Shown: piece by piece, positions 9,282 to 19,865 of the stretch | Layout: each line of letters starts with the position of its first letter | How positions within the stretch are numbered: the stretch's first letter is position 1 | Source of the DNA: Longimicrobiales bacterium | GTDB taxonomy: Bacteria > Gemmatimonadota > Gemmatimonadetes > Longimicrobiales > Gaopeijiaceae | Direction of reading: 5' to 3' | DNA: 64,000 nt | Assembly: GCA_965203485.1 (NCBI GenBank) | Contig: OZ241892.1 | Coordinates: 2,336,001-2,400,000 of the forward strand | Notes under the pieces: generated by a model | The model's input: the letters and a program-made list of their open reading frames with translations, nothing else | Told to the model about the DNA's origin: nothing | Databases searched by the model: none | Position numbers and translations under genes: made by a program

Positions 9282-9363
9282 GTGCGGCTCCTGTGCAAGC
9301 GGCGCGGGCGCAACGGACGGCCGTTCCGGACGGCGGTCCACCGCGAACGACGGGAAGTGGCGG

Positions 9364-11397
9364 TCAGCGGGCGGCGGCGTCCCGCCTGCGGGCGCGACGG
9401 ACGCCGACGGCCCTCGCTTCCATCGTAGGGTAAGGCCCACGGCGGTCCTGAGCCAACGTGAAGGCGACGTCCAGGGAGCTGGACGCCAGGTCCTCGGGCG
9501 AGAAGCGCTCGCCCAGGCCGAAGCCGACCGCGGGCAGGCCGAAGCGGTCCTCGGCGATGCGAAACCTGACGTGCGCCCCGTCTCCGAGGCGGCGCGGTTG
9601 CCGGGCGCGCACGTTCCTGACCGCGAAGACGGGCTCCGGATTGCCGCGGCCGAACGGCGCCAGGTAGCTGCACCAGTGGGCGAAGCGCCCGCGCAGGTCC
9701 TCGACGGCGACCTCCAGGTCCACATCGATGGAAGGACGGAGGTCGGCGGCGGCCAGCCGCGCTCGGGCATGGGCGTGGAAGGCTTCGCTGAACGCCGCGA
9801 CGCGGTCCGCCCGGATGTCCATTCCCGCCGCCATCGGATGTCCGCCGAACCGGCCGAGGTGCTCGGCGCACGCCTCGAGCGCCTCATGGACGTCGAAGCA
9901 CGGCACCGAGCGCGCGCTGCCCCGCCCGCTGTCGCCGTCGAGCGCGAACAACAGCACGGGCCGGCACACCCGTTCCACCAGCTGAGACGCCACGATGCCG
10001 ATGACGCCCGCCGGCCAACCCGTCCGCGCAAGGACGACGGCCCGGTCGCGCTCCAGATCGCGACCGCGCAACTCGGCCAGCGCCTCGTTCAAGGTCCGCT
10101 TCTGGAGCGCCTTGCGCGTCGCGTTGTCGCGCTCCAGCGTCTCCGCCAAGCTTCGGGCTCGGGCTGGACCGTCGGCGAGAAGAAGCGCGAGCGCCGTCGC
10201 GGGATCGCCCACTCGGCCCGCCGCGTTGAGGCGAGGAGCGATGCGAAACACCGCATCCTCCCAGTCGGGCCGCCCAGCGCCGGGATCGCCGCACGCGTTG
10301 CGGACCAGCTGGAGCAAGCCCGGCCGCGCGGTGGCGCCCACGGCCTGCAATCCCAGCCTCGCCAGAACCCGGTTCTCGCCCACGAGCGAGACTTGGTCGG
10401 CCAACGTGGCCAGTCCGACCAAGTCCAGCCGCCGCCACGCCTCGGCGGCGGGACGGCCGAGCATTCGCGCGGCCAACTGCACGACCTTGAAGGCGACGCC
10501 GGCGCCGCAGAGCCCCTTGTTCGCGTAGGTGCAGTCCCGCTGGTTCGGGTCGACGACGGCAAGCGCTTCGGCGGGAGGCGAGCGGCCGGGGCGATGGTGG
10601 TCGGTCACCAGCACGTCGACGCCCTGCTCCGCTGCGCGGCGCACCCAGTCGTGAGCACGAATGCCGCAGTCCACCGTCATCAGCACCCGCGCGCCGACCG
10701 CTTCGGCGCGCTCCAGTCCCGGGCGCGAGAGATCGTAGCCGTCGCGTCGCGTCGGCACGAAGCCCTCCGCCTTGCCGCCCAAGCCGCGGAGCCAATGAAC
10801 CACCAGCGCCGTTCCGGCGATTCCGTCGACGTCGTAGTCGCCGTGAACAAGCACCGTCTCTCCGCGCTCGACGGCCTGGGCCAGCCTACGGGCCGCCTCG
10901 GGCGCGCCGTGCAGGTCCGCAGGCTCCAGCAGGTGGGACACCTGCGGGCGCAGAAAGCACTTCGCATCGTCCGGAGACCGGAGGCCCCGCGCCGCAAGCA
11001 GGCGGCAGAAAGCCGGCGGCAGGCGAAGTGCGGCCTGCAACCGTCTCACGTCGCCGGGTTGCGGCTCGGAGGCGAGGTTCCACCGCGGCTCCGGCGCCTG
11101 AAGGCCGTCGCGCGGCCTTGCCCGCTCGCGGACCCGGCCCTCTGGAGCGGAGTTCCCCGGCGGCCCCGGCGCCCCAAGGGCGCTCGAACGTGGGTCTTCG
11201 CCAAGGGGGACCCGAGCGGAGTTCCCCGGCTCCGCCGCCTGTGGGGCGCGCGGATGGGACGTCGCGTCGCCGGCCCGCGCCCGCTCGCCTGTTCGCGCCT
11301 TCTTCGGCCGCGCGGCCCCGGGCGGGGCGGTGAACAGATCTAGGGACGGCGGCAAGAGAGCGGCGCGGGTCTCGTCAGGTCCCCGCGCGTCTCCCAC
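9364..11397 (-). CDS. recJ: ssDNA exonuclease RecJ with low-complexity N-terminal extension
   Basis: HGDYDVDG, DCG, TDHH, PRLNAAGR, GGH; start uncertain. Confidence 0.95.
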   Translation of the reverse strand: MGDARGPDETRAALLPPSLDLFTAPPGAARPKKARTGERARAGDATSHPRAPQAAEPGNSARVPLGEDPRSSALGAPGPPGNSAPEGRVRERARPRDGLQAPEPRWNLASEPQPGDVRRLQAALRLPPAFCRLLAARGLRSPDDAKCFLRPQVSHLLEPADLHGAPEAARRLAQAVERGETVLVHGDYDVDGIAGTALVVHWLRGLGGKAEGFVPTRRDGYDLSRPGLERAEAVGARVLMTVDCGIRAHDWVRRAAEQGVDVLVTDHHRPGRSPPAEALAVVDPNQRDCTYANKGLCGAGVAFKVVQLAARMLGRPAAEAWRRLDLVGLATLADQVSLVGENRVLARLGLQAVGATARPGLLQLVRNACGDPGAGRPDWEDAVFRIAPRLNAAGRVGDPATALALLLADGPARARSLAETLERDNATRKALQKRTLNEALAELRGRDLERDRAVVLARTGWPAGVIGIVASQLVERVCRPVLLFALDGDSGRGSARSVPCFDVHEALEACAEHLGRFGGHPMAAGMDIRADRVAAFSEAFHAHARARLAAADLRPSIDVDLEVAVEDLRGRFAHWCSYLAPFGRGNPEPVFAVRNVRARQPRRLGDGAHVRFRIAEDRFGLPAVGFGLGERFSPEDLASSSLDVAFTLAQDRRGPYPTMEARAVGVRRARRRDAAAR

Positions 11398-12207
11398 TCA
11401 TTCGCCGGTCGCCGTCTGCTCGTCGCCGCCGGGGTCGCCGGTCTCCGGCGCCGTAACGATGACGCCGCAAGCCTCGCAGATGACGAGCGGCGTCGATGCG
11501 CGCCCATGGTCCGGACCGGCTGGCGAGTCCCGCCCGCCCGCGGCCGCCCTGATCTCGTGCTGCACCTGGAGCGGGATCACGGAGAAGCACACGCCGCAAG
11601 CGCCGTCCTCCGACATCGGGGCCACCGCGGACTCGCGCCCGCTGCGGATGAGGCTGTCGTACACGCGGAGCCAGCGCGGATCGACGCCCATGGCCGCCGT
11701 CTTCCGCTCGTCGCCCAGGGCGGCAAGCTCGACCGCGGCCGCTTCCTTCTCGGCGAGGATCTCGCGGCGGCTCGGCTCGGCGGCCGACCGCGCCTCCTCC
11801 AGCGCGGCCTGCTGGTCGGCCAGCCGCGCGTCCAGCCGCTCGATCTGCTCCAGCAAGCCCATCGCCTCCTGCTCCTCGGACTCGAGGACGCGTCTCACGA
11901 GGCCCGTTTCCGTCTGGACGGCCGCCTCCTCGCGAGCCGTCTTCACTTCGCGAAGCCGCTCGTCGAGCTTCTGCAGGCGGAGCCGCTTGTCGCTGGAGGA
12001 CCGCTGCAGCCGCCGCTCCTCGGCCCGCAGTTCCTCGACGCGGCCCGACGTGGTCTCGGCCTGCGCCTCCAACTGCTCCACGGTCGCGCCGACTTCGGCC
12101 AGCCTGGGATCGCAAGAACCGATGCGGACTTGCACTTCGCGGACCCTCAAGTCGACCGCCTGGAGCCGTTGCAGAGCGGCCGACACGGGCATGGTCTCGG
12201 TGGTCAC
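11398..12207 (-). CDS. Coiled-coil protein with C4 zinc ribbon (CT398/DUF164-like)
   Basis: Long coiled coil, CGVC and CEAC. Confidence 0.85.
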   Translation of the reverse strand: MTTETMPVSAALQRLQAVDLRVREVQVRIGSCDPRLAEVGATVEQLEAQAETTSGRVEELRAEERRLQRSSSDKRLRLQKLDERLREVKTAREEAAVQTETGLVRRVLESEEQEAMGLLEQIERLDARLADQQAALEEARSAAEPSRREILAEKEAAAVELAALGDERKTAAMGVDPRWLRVYDSLIRSGRESAVAPMSEDGACGVCFSVIPLQVQHEIRAAAGGRDSPAGPDHGRASTPLVICEACGVIVTAPETGDPGGDEQTATGE

Positions 12208-14003
12208 CTCGCGCCGAACCTCTCTTGGCGGACGTCCCCGGCGACGCGGGCAACCTTCCCCCAGTCGGGGCACACCGCATTCTTCTGCTTCACCAACTCC
12301 TCCTTTTCCTTGGCGAGCCTCGCCTTCTCGGCGTCGTCGGCGCAACTCGGAACGGTGACGTTGCGGCGGTCGAGCTCGCGTGTCCGGATCTTCGCGACGA
12401 CATCGTGGAAGACCCGGCTCGCCGGAACCAGCTCTTCCGCATCGGCCATCAACTCCTCGAACCGCCGCCCGGCTTCGGGGTCGGCTCCCTGCGGCCACGC
12501 CTTGAGTTCCGGGTCGTCGATCAGCGTCTCGAAGATGGCACGGCAGGCGCGATCTTCCAAGTCGGCGGCGCTCACCATCTCGGCCGCCCTGTCGATCCAC
12601 GTGCGGTCGCGCAGCAAGAGCAGCAGCAGGGTTCGGTCGGGCCCGCGTCCATGGAGCCGGCCGGCCGGCCGACGGCGGGTCCGGGGCGCCGGCCGAGCAG
12701 GGACGCGCGCAATCTCGCGGGAGCGCTCTATCTCGGCCGCCAGCGTCTTGGGCGCCACGCCGGTCAGCTCGGAGACCTTGCCCAGGTACATGTCGCGCAA
12801 CGCGGGATCGCGAACGGCGCGCAACGTGGGCAGGAGGCGGTCCAGGGCCGCGCGCCGCTTCTCGATCGACGAGAAGTAGTCGCGTTGCTGGAGGATGGCG
12901 ACCTTCCTGTCCAGAACGTCCACCGCTTGGCCGACGAACTCCTTCACCGCGGCCGCTCCGCCGGCTCGGGCCACGGAGTCGGGGTCCTCGCCGTCGGGCA
13001 ACGTCGCCACCGAGGGATGAACGCCGTGGGCCAGCAGCACGTCGGCGGCCCGGAACGTCGCGCGCAGTCCGGCCGGGTCGCTGTCGAAGAGGATGCGGGT
13101 CTCCTTCGCGTAGCGCGACAGGAGCGCCGCGTGCGCTTCGGTGAGCGCGGTCCCGAGGGGCGCCACAGCGTGCGAGACGCCCACGGCGTCCAGCGCCACC
13201 ACATCCATGAATCCCTCGACGAGCAAGGCGCACTCCTCGCGGCGGACGTGGTTCTTGGCGCGATCCAGCCCGTAGAGGACCTCGCCCTTGTGAAAGACAG
13301 GACTGTCGGGCGAGTTGAGGTACTTGGGCGCGCCCTTGCCTTCCTTGCCGAGGAGGCGGCCGCCGAAGCCGGCCACGCGGCCTCCCACGGTCTTGATCGG
13401 GAAGACTACGCGGTTGCGCAGCGCGTCGTACGCGTCTTCGCGGCCCTCGCTCTTCTTGAGGAGACCGATTTCCAGCAACAGGCTCTCGTCGAGGCCGTGC
13501 ACGGCGACGGCTTCGCGAAACGCGCTCCAGCCGTCCGGAGCGAACCCCAGGTCCCAGCGCTCCGCAACCCGGCGGTCGATCCCCCGGCGTTCCAGGTAGG
13601 CACGGGCTTCCCGGCCCTCGGCGGAGAGCAGGCTCTCGCGGAAGAAGCCCGCCGCGAAGGCGAGCGTCTCGTGGTAGGGGCGCAGCACGTCCTCGGCGTC
13701 CGCGCCGCGTCTCTGTTCGACGACCTTCACGCCGCAACGGGCGCCGACGTGCTTGACGGCGTCCACGAAGGACATCCCCTGGTGCTTCATCAGGAACTTG
13801 AAGACGTCGCCGGACTCGCCGGACGAGAAGTCGTGGAAGAACGCCTTGGACGGCACGACGCAGAACGACGGCGTGCGCTCTTGCTTGAAGGGACTCAGGC
13901 CCTTGTACTCCTTGCCGGCCTTCTTGAGGTGCACGAACTGGCCGATGACCTCCACGATGTCCGCGCGGGCCCGCACCTCCTCGACGATGCGGTCCGGGAT
14001 CAC
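12204..14003 (-). CDS. dnaG: DNA primase
   Basis: FGGR, PKYLNSP, VEGFMDV, FDSDPAG, DPD; Zn ligands substituted. Confidence 0.96.
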   Translation of the reverse strand: MIPDRIVEEVRARADIVEVIGQFVHLKKAGKEYKGLSPFKQERTPSFCVVPSKAFFHDFSSGESGDVFKFLMKHQGMSFVDAVKHVGARCGVKVVEQRRGADAEDVLRPYHETLAFAAGFFRESLLSAEGREARAYLERRGIDRRVAERWDLGFAPDGWSAFREAVAVHGLDESLLLEIGLLKKSEGREDAYDALRNRVVFPIKTVGGRVAGFGGRLLGKEGKGAPKYLNSPDSPVFHKGEVLYGLDRAKNHVRREECALLVEGFMDVVALDAVGVSHAVAPLGTALTEAHAALLSRYAKETRILFDSDPAGLRATFRAADVLLAHGVHPSVATLPDGEDPDSVARAGGAAAVKEFVGQAVDVLDRKVAILQQRDYFSSIEKRRAALDRLLPTLRAVRDPALRDMYLGKVSELTGVAPKTLAAEIERSREIARVPARPAPRTRRRPAGRLHGRGPDRTLLLLLLRDRTWIDRAAEMVSAADLEDRACRAIFETLIDDPELKAWPQGADPEAGRRFEELMADAEELVPASRVFHDVVAKIRTRELDRRNVTVPSCADDAEKARLAKEKEELVKQKNAVCPDWGKVARVAGDVRQERFGAR

Positions 14004-16369
14004 GCCACTCGGCCCGCGCCGCCGGCGCTCCGGCGCCCGCCGCTCACGGCCCCGGGACGCGAGCCGGCGCGCGAGACACGGGAAACGGCGCCCTTCTTGG
14101 CCGACAGGACCCTGCGCGCAACCGGCCGGCTCGGTCCCGCGTGCGAGGGCTGCAACCGGTCGAGCGGCACCGTGATGCGCAGGCCGGCCGCGTCCACGAC
14201 GGCGCGGCCGCCCTCGACGGCCACAACGCATCCCCTCGCGCCGGAGCCCGCCACCGTCACCCAGTCGCCGGGCTCGGGAGCTTCGCCGGACCACGCCTGG
14301 GCCGGGCTCGGGACGTCTGCGAGCAACTCCCGGGCGGCGCTTTCCACCGACTGCCGCGCCTCTCGCGCCGCCGATTCCAGCGCCTGTCCGGCGTCCACCC
14401 GCGCCTCCAGACCCGCGATGGCCTTCTCCACGTCGCGCCTGGCCTCCAGCAACAGGCGGCGAGCTTCGACGCGCGCCTCGGCCAGCCGCGCCTCCTCGGC
14501 CTCCCGGAGGGCCGTCTCGCGCCGCTCCAGCTCCTCGCGCAGGCTCCGGGCGCCGGCGCGTTCGCGTTCCAGCTCGGCCGCCAGCCGCGACGCGCGCCGT
14601 TCCTGGCGTTGCAGGCTCGACAGCAAGTCGTCCAAGCGGGCGTCGGCGCCGTCCCGGCAACGCTCGGCGCGGTCGAGCACCGCCGCCGGAAAGCCCAGGG
14701 CGCGTGCCATGGCGAGTCCGTAGCTGCGGCCCGGGCGCCCCCAAAGAAACCTGTAGGTGGGGCTCATCCGTTCGGCGTCGAACTCCAGCGAGGCGTTCGC
14801 GATGCGGTTCCCAGGCGCGGCCAGGCGCTTGAGCCCTCCCAGGTGCGACGTGATCACGGCCGCGCAGCCGCGCTCCGCCAGCGTCTCGACGAGAGCTCGC
14901 GCCAGCGCCTCGCCTTCTCGGGGGTCGGTGCCCGCTCCGGGCTCGTCGACCAGTACCAGCGCGTCGCCGGCGGCGCCGGCCAGCACGTCCCGCAGGTTGC
15001 GCAGGTGGGCCGAGAACGTCGAGAGGTTGTCGGATATGGACTGCTGGTCGCCAATGTCCGCGAAGAGGGAACGAAAGGCCGGCAACCGAGTGCCGGGGCC
15101 CACCGGGGGAACGATCCCCGCTTGCGCCATGGCCGAGATCAGGCCGACCGACTTGAGGAAGACGGTCTTGCCCCCCGCATTCGGCCCGGTAACCACCACG
15201 ACAGCGCCCTGCGGCGGCAGGTCGAGGTCGAACGGCACGGGATCGGCGCCCGCGGCGACGAGCAGCGGATGGCGGCCGCTCCGGACGGTCAGGCCGGCGC
15301 CGGCGGCGACTTCCGGCGCGTGCCCGTCCCACTCGTTCGCGGCGGCTGCCAGCGCGACCCGCCGGTCCATCTCCACCAACGCGGCCAGCGAATCGGACAG
15401 CGCGGCGCGAAACGGCCGGCACCGCCCGGTCAGGCCGCGCAACACGCGCTGGACCTCGCGCGCCTCCGCGCGTTCCGTCTCGCGCAACGCGTTCGTCATC
15501 GCGATCGCCGAGGGCGGCTCCACGAAGACCGTCGCGCCCGAGGCGGACTCGTCGTGGACGTAGCCGCCGACGGTCCGCCTGCCTTCCCGCCGCACGGGGA
15601 TCACGTAGCGGCCGTCGCGCACCGCCACCGACGCGTCGGCCACCCTGTACCGCTCGGAGAGGCCCCCGAGCACGGACTCCAGGTGCGCGACAACTCGCTG
15701 GTGCGCGCCCGCCAGCCGCGACCGCAGGCGGACCAGCTCCTTGCTGGCCGTGTCGAGCACGCGACCGTCCCCGCCCACCGCCCGGGCCAGCGCCGCGGCC
15801 AGGCCGGCGTCGGCGAACAACCGGTCCCGCAACGCCGCCAAGCCCGGCAGGTCTTCGCCGCCGTCGGCCAACGCGCGGCGCAGGGAGCGGGACGCGGCCA
15901 CCAGCGCCGCCAGCCGCGCCAAGTCCGCCCCCGCGAGCACGGACCCGTCGAGCGCCAAGCGGGCCAGGGCCGAGGCGGGGTCGGCGAAGGCGTCGAGGCT
16001 CCACTGGGGGCTCAGGGCCAGGAAGCGCCGCGCCTCCGTCACGTCGCGCAGGCGAGCCGCGGCCTCGCGGGCGTCGGCGGCGGGCCGAATCGCGAGCACC
16101 GCGTCCCGGCCGGCGCCGGTCGTCGCGAACGACGCCAAGTGTTGCAGGACGCTGGGAAACTCGAGCGCCGACAACGCTCGCGCGGTGGGCCCGCTCCCGG
16201 CCGACGCCGCGCCCAGCCGGCCGGTCGGCGAGGATCGGGCGGCGGCGCAGGCGCGAAGGGGCGCCCCGCTCCGAGCCGGCGCCCCGGCGAGCCGACGTTC
16301 CGGAGCCCCGGCGCCCGGCGCGGACGAGCCGCCGCCCGACGCTCCGGCCGGGGACGGCTCGCTAGCCAA
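14000..16369 (-). CDS. mutS2: MutS2 family ATPase lacking C-terminal Smr domain
   Basis: TGPNAGGKT, DIGDQQS, STFS, DEPGAGTDP, KOW-like segment, then stop. Confidence 0.9.
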   Translation of the reverse strand: MASEPSPAGASGGGSSAPGAGAPERRLAGAPARSGAPLRACAAARSSPTGRLGAASAGSGPTARALSALEFPSVLQHLASFATTGAGRDAVLAIRPAADAREAAARLRDVTEARRFLALSPQWSLDAFADPASALARLALDGSVLAGADLARLAALVAASRSLRRALADGGEDLPGLAALRDRLFADAGLAAALARAVGGDGRVLDTASKELVRLRSRLAGAHQRVVAHLESVLGGLSERYRVADASVAVRDGRYVIPVRREGRRTVGGYVHDESASGATVFVEPPSAIAMTNALRETERAEAREVQRVLRGLTGRCRPFRAALSDSLAALVEMDRRVALAAAANEWDGHAPEVAAGAGLTVRSGRHPLLVAAGADPVPFDLDLPPQGAVVVVTGPNAGGKTVFLKSVGLISAMAQAGIVPPVGPGTRLPAFRSLFADIGDQQSISDNLSTFSAHLRNLRDVLAGAAGDALVLVDEPGAGTDPREGEALARALVETLAERGCAAVITSHLGGLKRLAAPGNRIANASLEFDAERMSPTYRFLWGRPGRSYGLAMARALGFPAAVLDRAERCRDGADARLDDLLSSLQRQERRASRLAAELERERAGARSLREELERRETALREAEEARLAEARVEARRLLLEARRDVEKAIAGLEARVDAGQALESAAREARQSVESAARELLADVPSPAQAWSGEAPEPGDWVTVAGSGARGCVVAVEGGRAVVDAAGLRITVPLDRLQPSHAGPSRPVARRVLSAKKGAVSRVSRAGSRPGAVSGGRRSAGGAGRVA

Positions 16370-16832
16370 GTTCCTCCTTCGCGATGGCTGCCGCGGCCTT
16401 GCCGTCGAAGCGGCCCCGCACGCGGGGCATCAGCCGACCCATGACCGCTCCCAGGTCGGCGGCTCCCTCGTTCACGATCTCGCGGACGACGGCGCGCACG
16501 TCTGCGGCAGTCAGCGGCGCCGGCAGGTACGCCTGCAACACGGCCGCCTGCTCCTCTTCCTTGCGGGCCAGCTCTTCGCGCCCAGCGGTCCGCATCTGGC
16601 CGGCGGCCTCGCGCCTCTGCTTGACCGCCTTGGCCAACACGGCAACGACCGCGTCCTGGCCGAGTTCGCCCCCGGTCTCGATCTCCCGGTTCCGCACCTC
16701 CGCGAGCGTCGTGGACAGCACGAGGATGCGGGCATGGTCCCTGGCCCGGCGCGCCTCGGCCATGTCGGCGCGCAACCTGTCCTTGAGGGACGGCATGTTC
16801 GGCGATGACGGATTCTTCGGCCGGGCGCCCAT
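16362..16832 (-). CDS. GatB/YqeY domain protein
   Basis: KQRRE...YLP...DLGAVMG...GRFDG; GGAGG RBS. Confidence 0.92.
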   Translation of the reverse strand: MGARPKNPSSPNMPSLKDRLRADMAEARRARDHARILVLSTTLAEVRNREIETGGELGQDAVVAVLAKAVKQRREAAGQMRTAGREELARKEEEQAAVLQAYLPAPLTAADVRAVVREIVNEGAADLGAVMGRLMPRVRGRFDGKAAAAIAKEELG

Positions 16833-17082
16833 TGTGGCTTCCTCCTGCGCTGGAGCCTCGAAGGCTCCAAATATCGCCGCGCGCGAACCGGCGCCGCAAA
16901 GGAGTGTCCCATGCGGCCATGGGAAACGCCCGCCGGAGAAGATACGCTTAAGCTGGACGGCCCCGCCGTCGCTCGCCCGCCGTCCGACGCGCCGGTTGTG
17001 GACGCGCTCCGCCGGCGTGCCGAAGCCGCCGCCCCGACCCCGTGCAAGACCGCCCATCGTCCATCCACATGTAGAAGAGGCC

Positions 17083-17532
17083 ATGACCAGAAGACTCGAA
17101 GACGTAGTCGAGCTGCTGCGGCGCAGCGGGGCGGGCGCGCTGCCCGTTTGCCAGATCCGAGCGGAGCTGCGGCGCCGCGAGCCGCAGGCGCTCGCCACGA
17201 CGGCAATGCTGCGCGCCCTCGCGGAGCGGTCGAACGGCAGGTTGCTGCTGCTCGAGGCGCACCTGGACACCCCGCCGTCCCGGCAAGACCGTCACAGCCG
17301 GATTCTCGTCGCCTGGATGGTCCTCATGTCGCCCGACGACGAGCCAGACCAAAGCCGGCTCGCCAGCCAGCTCTGGAGGAGCCTCGCCGCACTCGCCTCC
17401 GCCATCGACCCGGTCTCCCGGGGCGACATTTGCCGCTGGGTGCTGCAGGCCCGGCAGGCGCACGCCGCCTTGCGCCGGACGCTCCCGGCGGCCCGCCGCC
17501 GCGGCGCCCACGAGCGGAAGCGGCGGCCCTGA
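17083..17532 (+). CDS. Hypothetical protein
   Basis: 149-aa ORF with GAGG RBS and protein-like composition, filling the gap between yqeY and dnaJ. Confidence 0.55.
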   Translation: MTRRLEDVVELLRRSGAGALPVCQIRAELRRREPQALATTAMLRALAERSNGRLLLLEAHLDTPPSRQDRHSRILVAWMVLMSPDDEPDQSRLASQLWRSLAALASAIDPVSRGDICRWVLQARQAHAALRRTLPAARRRGAHERKRRP

Positions 17533-17602
17533 GCGGACCCCGGGCCCCGATCCTTGCGGCGCCGACAATCCCGGCGCGGAACGCCCGGCAACCGACCCCG
17601 GA

Positions 17603-18742
17603 TCAGCCCAGCGCCTCCTTGACCTTCGACCAGAAGCCGCGCCTCCCCTCCCTGTGCGCGGCCCGCGGAGGAGGATCCTCCAGTGCGCCCAGCGTCCGCA
17701 CGGCCTCTTCCTGCTTCGGCGTCAGCCGGTCGGGGACCCACACCAGAATGCGGCACAACAGGTCGCCCCGCCCGCGGCCGTTGAGGCCGGGCACCCCCTC
17801 GCCCGCCAGCCGCAAGACCGCGCCGCTCTGCGTGCCCGCCGGCACGTCCACCGACGACTCGCCGTCCACGGTCGGCACGGCAACGCGCGCGCCCAGCGCG
17901 GCCTGGCTGAACGTGACGGCGACGTCCGTCGTCAGATCGGCGCCGTCCCGCGCGAAGCGCTCGTCTTCCTGCACGTCGAGCAGGACGACGATGTCGCCCC
18001 TGGGGCCGCTGCGCCTTCCCACGTTGCCCTCGCCCCGCAACGTGATGTAGTTCTGCGAGGAAACGCCCGGCGGCACCTCGACGCGCACCTGCCGCTGCAC
18101 CCGCACGCGCCCTTCGCCCCGGCATTCGCGGCACAGGTCGACGACCACCGCGCCCTCGCCCCGGCACCGCGCGCACGTCACCACGGTCACCATGTCGCCG
18201 AAGACCGACCTCTGGACCCGCCGTTGCTGCCCCGAGCCCCGGCAGTCCGGGCAAGCCGCCGGCTGGGCGCCCCCCGCCGCTCCCGTCCCCCGGCACCCCG
18301 CGCAAGAGTCGAGCACGGCGATGCGCACGGCCTTGGTCGCGCCCGAGCACACTTCCTTGAGCGTCACCGGTATCTTGACGCGCAGAGACTGGCCGCGTGC
18401 CGGTTCCCCCGATCGCCTGCGCCGGCCGCCGAAGAGCTCCTCGATGCCTCCGAAGCTGCCGAAGTCGCGCATGAACACCTCGAGCGCGTCGCCGAAGTCG
18501 AAGCCCGCGAATCCGCCCGATCCCTTCACGCCCTCCTTGCCGTACCGGTCGTAGCGGGCCCGCTTCTTGGAGTCGCGCAGGACCTCGTACGCCTCGGTGG
18601 CCTCCTTGAAGCGCTCCTCCGCTTCCTTCGAGCCGGCGTTGCGGTCGGGGTGATGCGCGAGCGCGACCTTCCTGTACGCCTTCTTGATCTCTTCCGGGCC
18701 GGCGTCCCGGGAGACGCCCAGCAACGAATAGTAGTCGGCCAT
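17603..18742 (-). CDS. dnaJ: Chaperone DnaJ
   Basis: HPD J-domain, four CxxCxGxG repeats. Confidence 0.97.
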   Translation of the reverse strand: MADYYSLLGVSRDAGPEEIKKAYRKVALAHHPDRNAGSKEAEERFKEATEAYEVLRDSKKRARYDRYGKEGVKGSGGFAGFDFGDALEVFMRDFGSFGGIEELFGGRRRRSGEPARGQSLRVKIPVTLKEVCSGATKAVRIAVLDSCAGCRGTGAAGGAQPAACPDCRGSGQQRRVQRSVFGDMVTVVTCARCRGEGAVVVDLCRECRGEGRVRVQRQVRVEVPPGVSSQNYITLRGEGNVGRRSGPRGDIVVLLDVQEDERFARDGADLTTDVAVTFSQAALGARVAVPTVDGESSVDVPAGTQSGAVLRLAGEGVPGLNGRGRGDLLCRILVWVPDRLTPKQEEAVRTLGALEDPPPRAAHREGRRGFWSKVKEALG

Positions 18743-18753
18743 GGCTCGGCTGC

Positions 18754-19812
18754 TCAGGGCTCCAGCATTCGGGTGACCAGCGACGACGTGTAGTCCACGA
18801 TCGCCACGACCTTCTCGTAGGACATCCGCGTGGGTCCCATCACCCCCACGATGCCCCGCTGGCCGCCCAGCCGGTAGCCGGACGTGACGAGCGTGAACCC
18901 CGCGAGTTCGGGACCATGCTCCGCCCCGATCGTCACGCAAGGGCCGCTCGCGGTGGCGCGGTCGCCCAGGATGGCGGCCAGCATCTCCTTGCGTTCGGTG
19001 AGTTCGATCAGGTCCATGAGGCGCTCGCTGCTGGCGAACTCGGGCTGGGTGGCGATCGCCGAGGTCCGGCCCAACACGACGTCGTCGCGCCCGCGCGGCG
19101 TTGCGCCGAACACTTCGTCGCTCGACTGAATGAAGAAATTCAGCATGTCCTGCGTGGCGCGGTCTTCGGCGGCGTCCCGGAGACGCTCCCCGAACGAAGC
19201 GCGTATCTCCCGGAAGGCGAGGCCGCCCAGGCGCTCGTTGAGGACGCGCGCGAGCTCGGCCAGCATGGACGGCGGCGCCGCTCCCGGAAGATCGACGTAC
19301 ACGGTGCGCGCCATGCCGCCCAGCACGGTCACCACCATGAGCACCTTGTTCGACGAGACGGCCACCAGGTCGAGCTTGAGCAGGCGGGCGTCGTCGAGCG
19401 GGGGCACGGAGCCGACGCCGAGGCCGCTGACGAGGACGCCCAGCGCCCGCGTGGCGTTTCGCACGACCCGCTCGACCGACGAATCGCCGAGGCGCACCTC
19501 GTCCTTGATCCGGGCCTGCTCGGAGGGAGTGAGCGCTTCCGGCTGCATGATGCGGTCCACGAAGAAGCGGTAGGCCAAGTCGGTCGGAACCCGCCCTGCG
19601 GACGGGTGAGGGTGGGTCAGGTAGCCCTTCGCCTCCAAGTCGGCCATCGTGTTGCGAATCGTGGCCGCCGAGACGCCGAACGCGTAACGGCGCGCCAACG
19701 TGCGGCTCCCGGCGGGTTCGGCGGTCTCGACGTGCAAGCGGATGACCGCTTCGAGCACGTGCTGCTCGCGCTCCGACAGGGAGCAGTCTGCGGGTTGCTG
19801 CACAAGTTCCAT
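18754..19812 (-). CDS. hrcA: Heat-inducible transcription repressor
   Basis: [27 protein letters not shown]. Confidence 0.96.
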   Translation of the reverse strand: MELVQQPADCSLSEREQHVLEAVIRLHVETAEPAGSRTLARRYAFGVSAATIRNTMADLEAKGYLTHPHPSAGRVPTDLAYRFFVDRIMQPEALTPSEQARIKDEVRLGDSSVERVVRNATRALGVLVSGLGVGSVPPLDDARLLKLDLVAVSSNKVLMVVTVLGGMARTVYVDLPGAAPPSMLAELARVLNERLGGLAFREIRASFGERLRDAAEDRATQDMLNFFIQSSDEVFGATPRGRDDVVLGRTSAIATQPEFASSERLMDLIELTERKEMLAAILGDRATASGPCVTIGAEHGPELAGFTLVTSGYRLGGQRGIVGVMGPTRMSYEKVVAIVDYTSSLVTRMLEP

Positions 19813-19865
19813 GGCTGTGGGCCGCACGCTCGGGCGGGAATGCGTCTTGGCGAAGGCGTCCGGCC

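Noticed and set aside
12204..16004. Apparent 1266-aa DnaG, 942-aa PrfA and 850-aa DprA fusions in the ORF track
   Set aside because: Upstream parts are off-frame readings of neighbouring genes; plausible starts exist at or near stop overlaps
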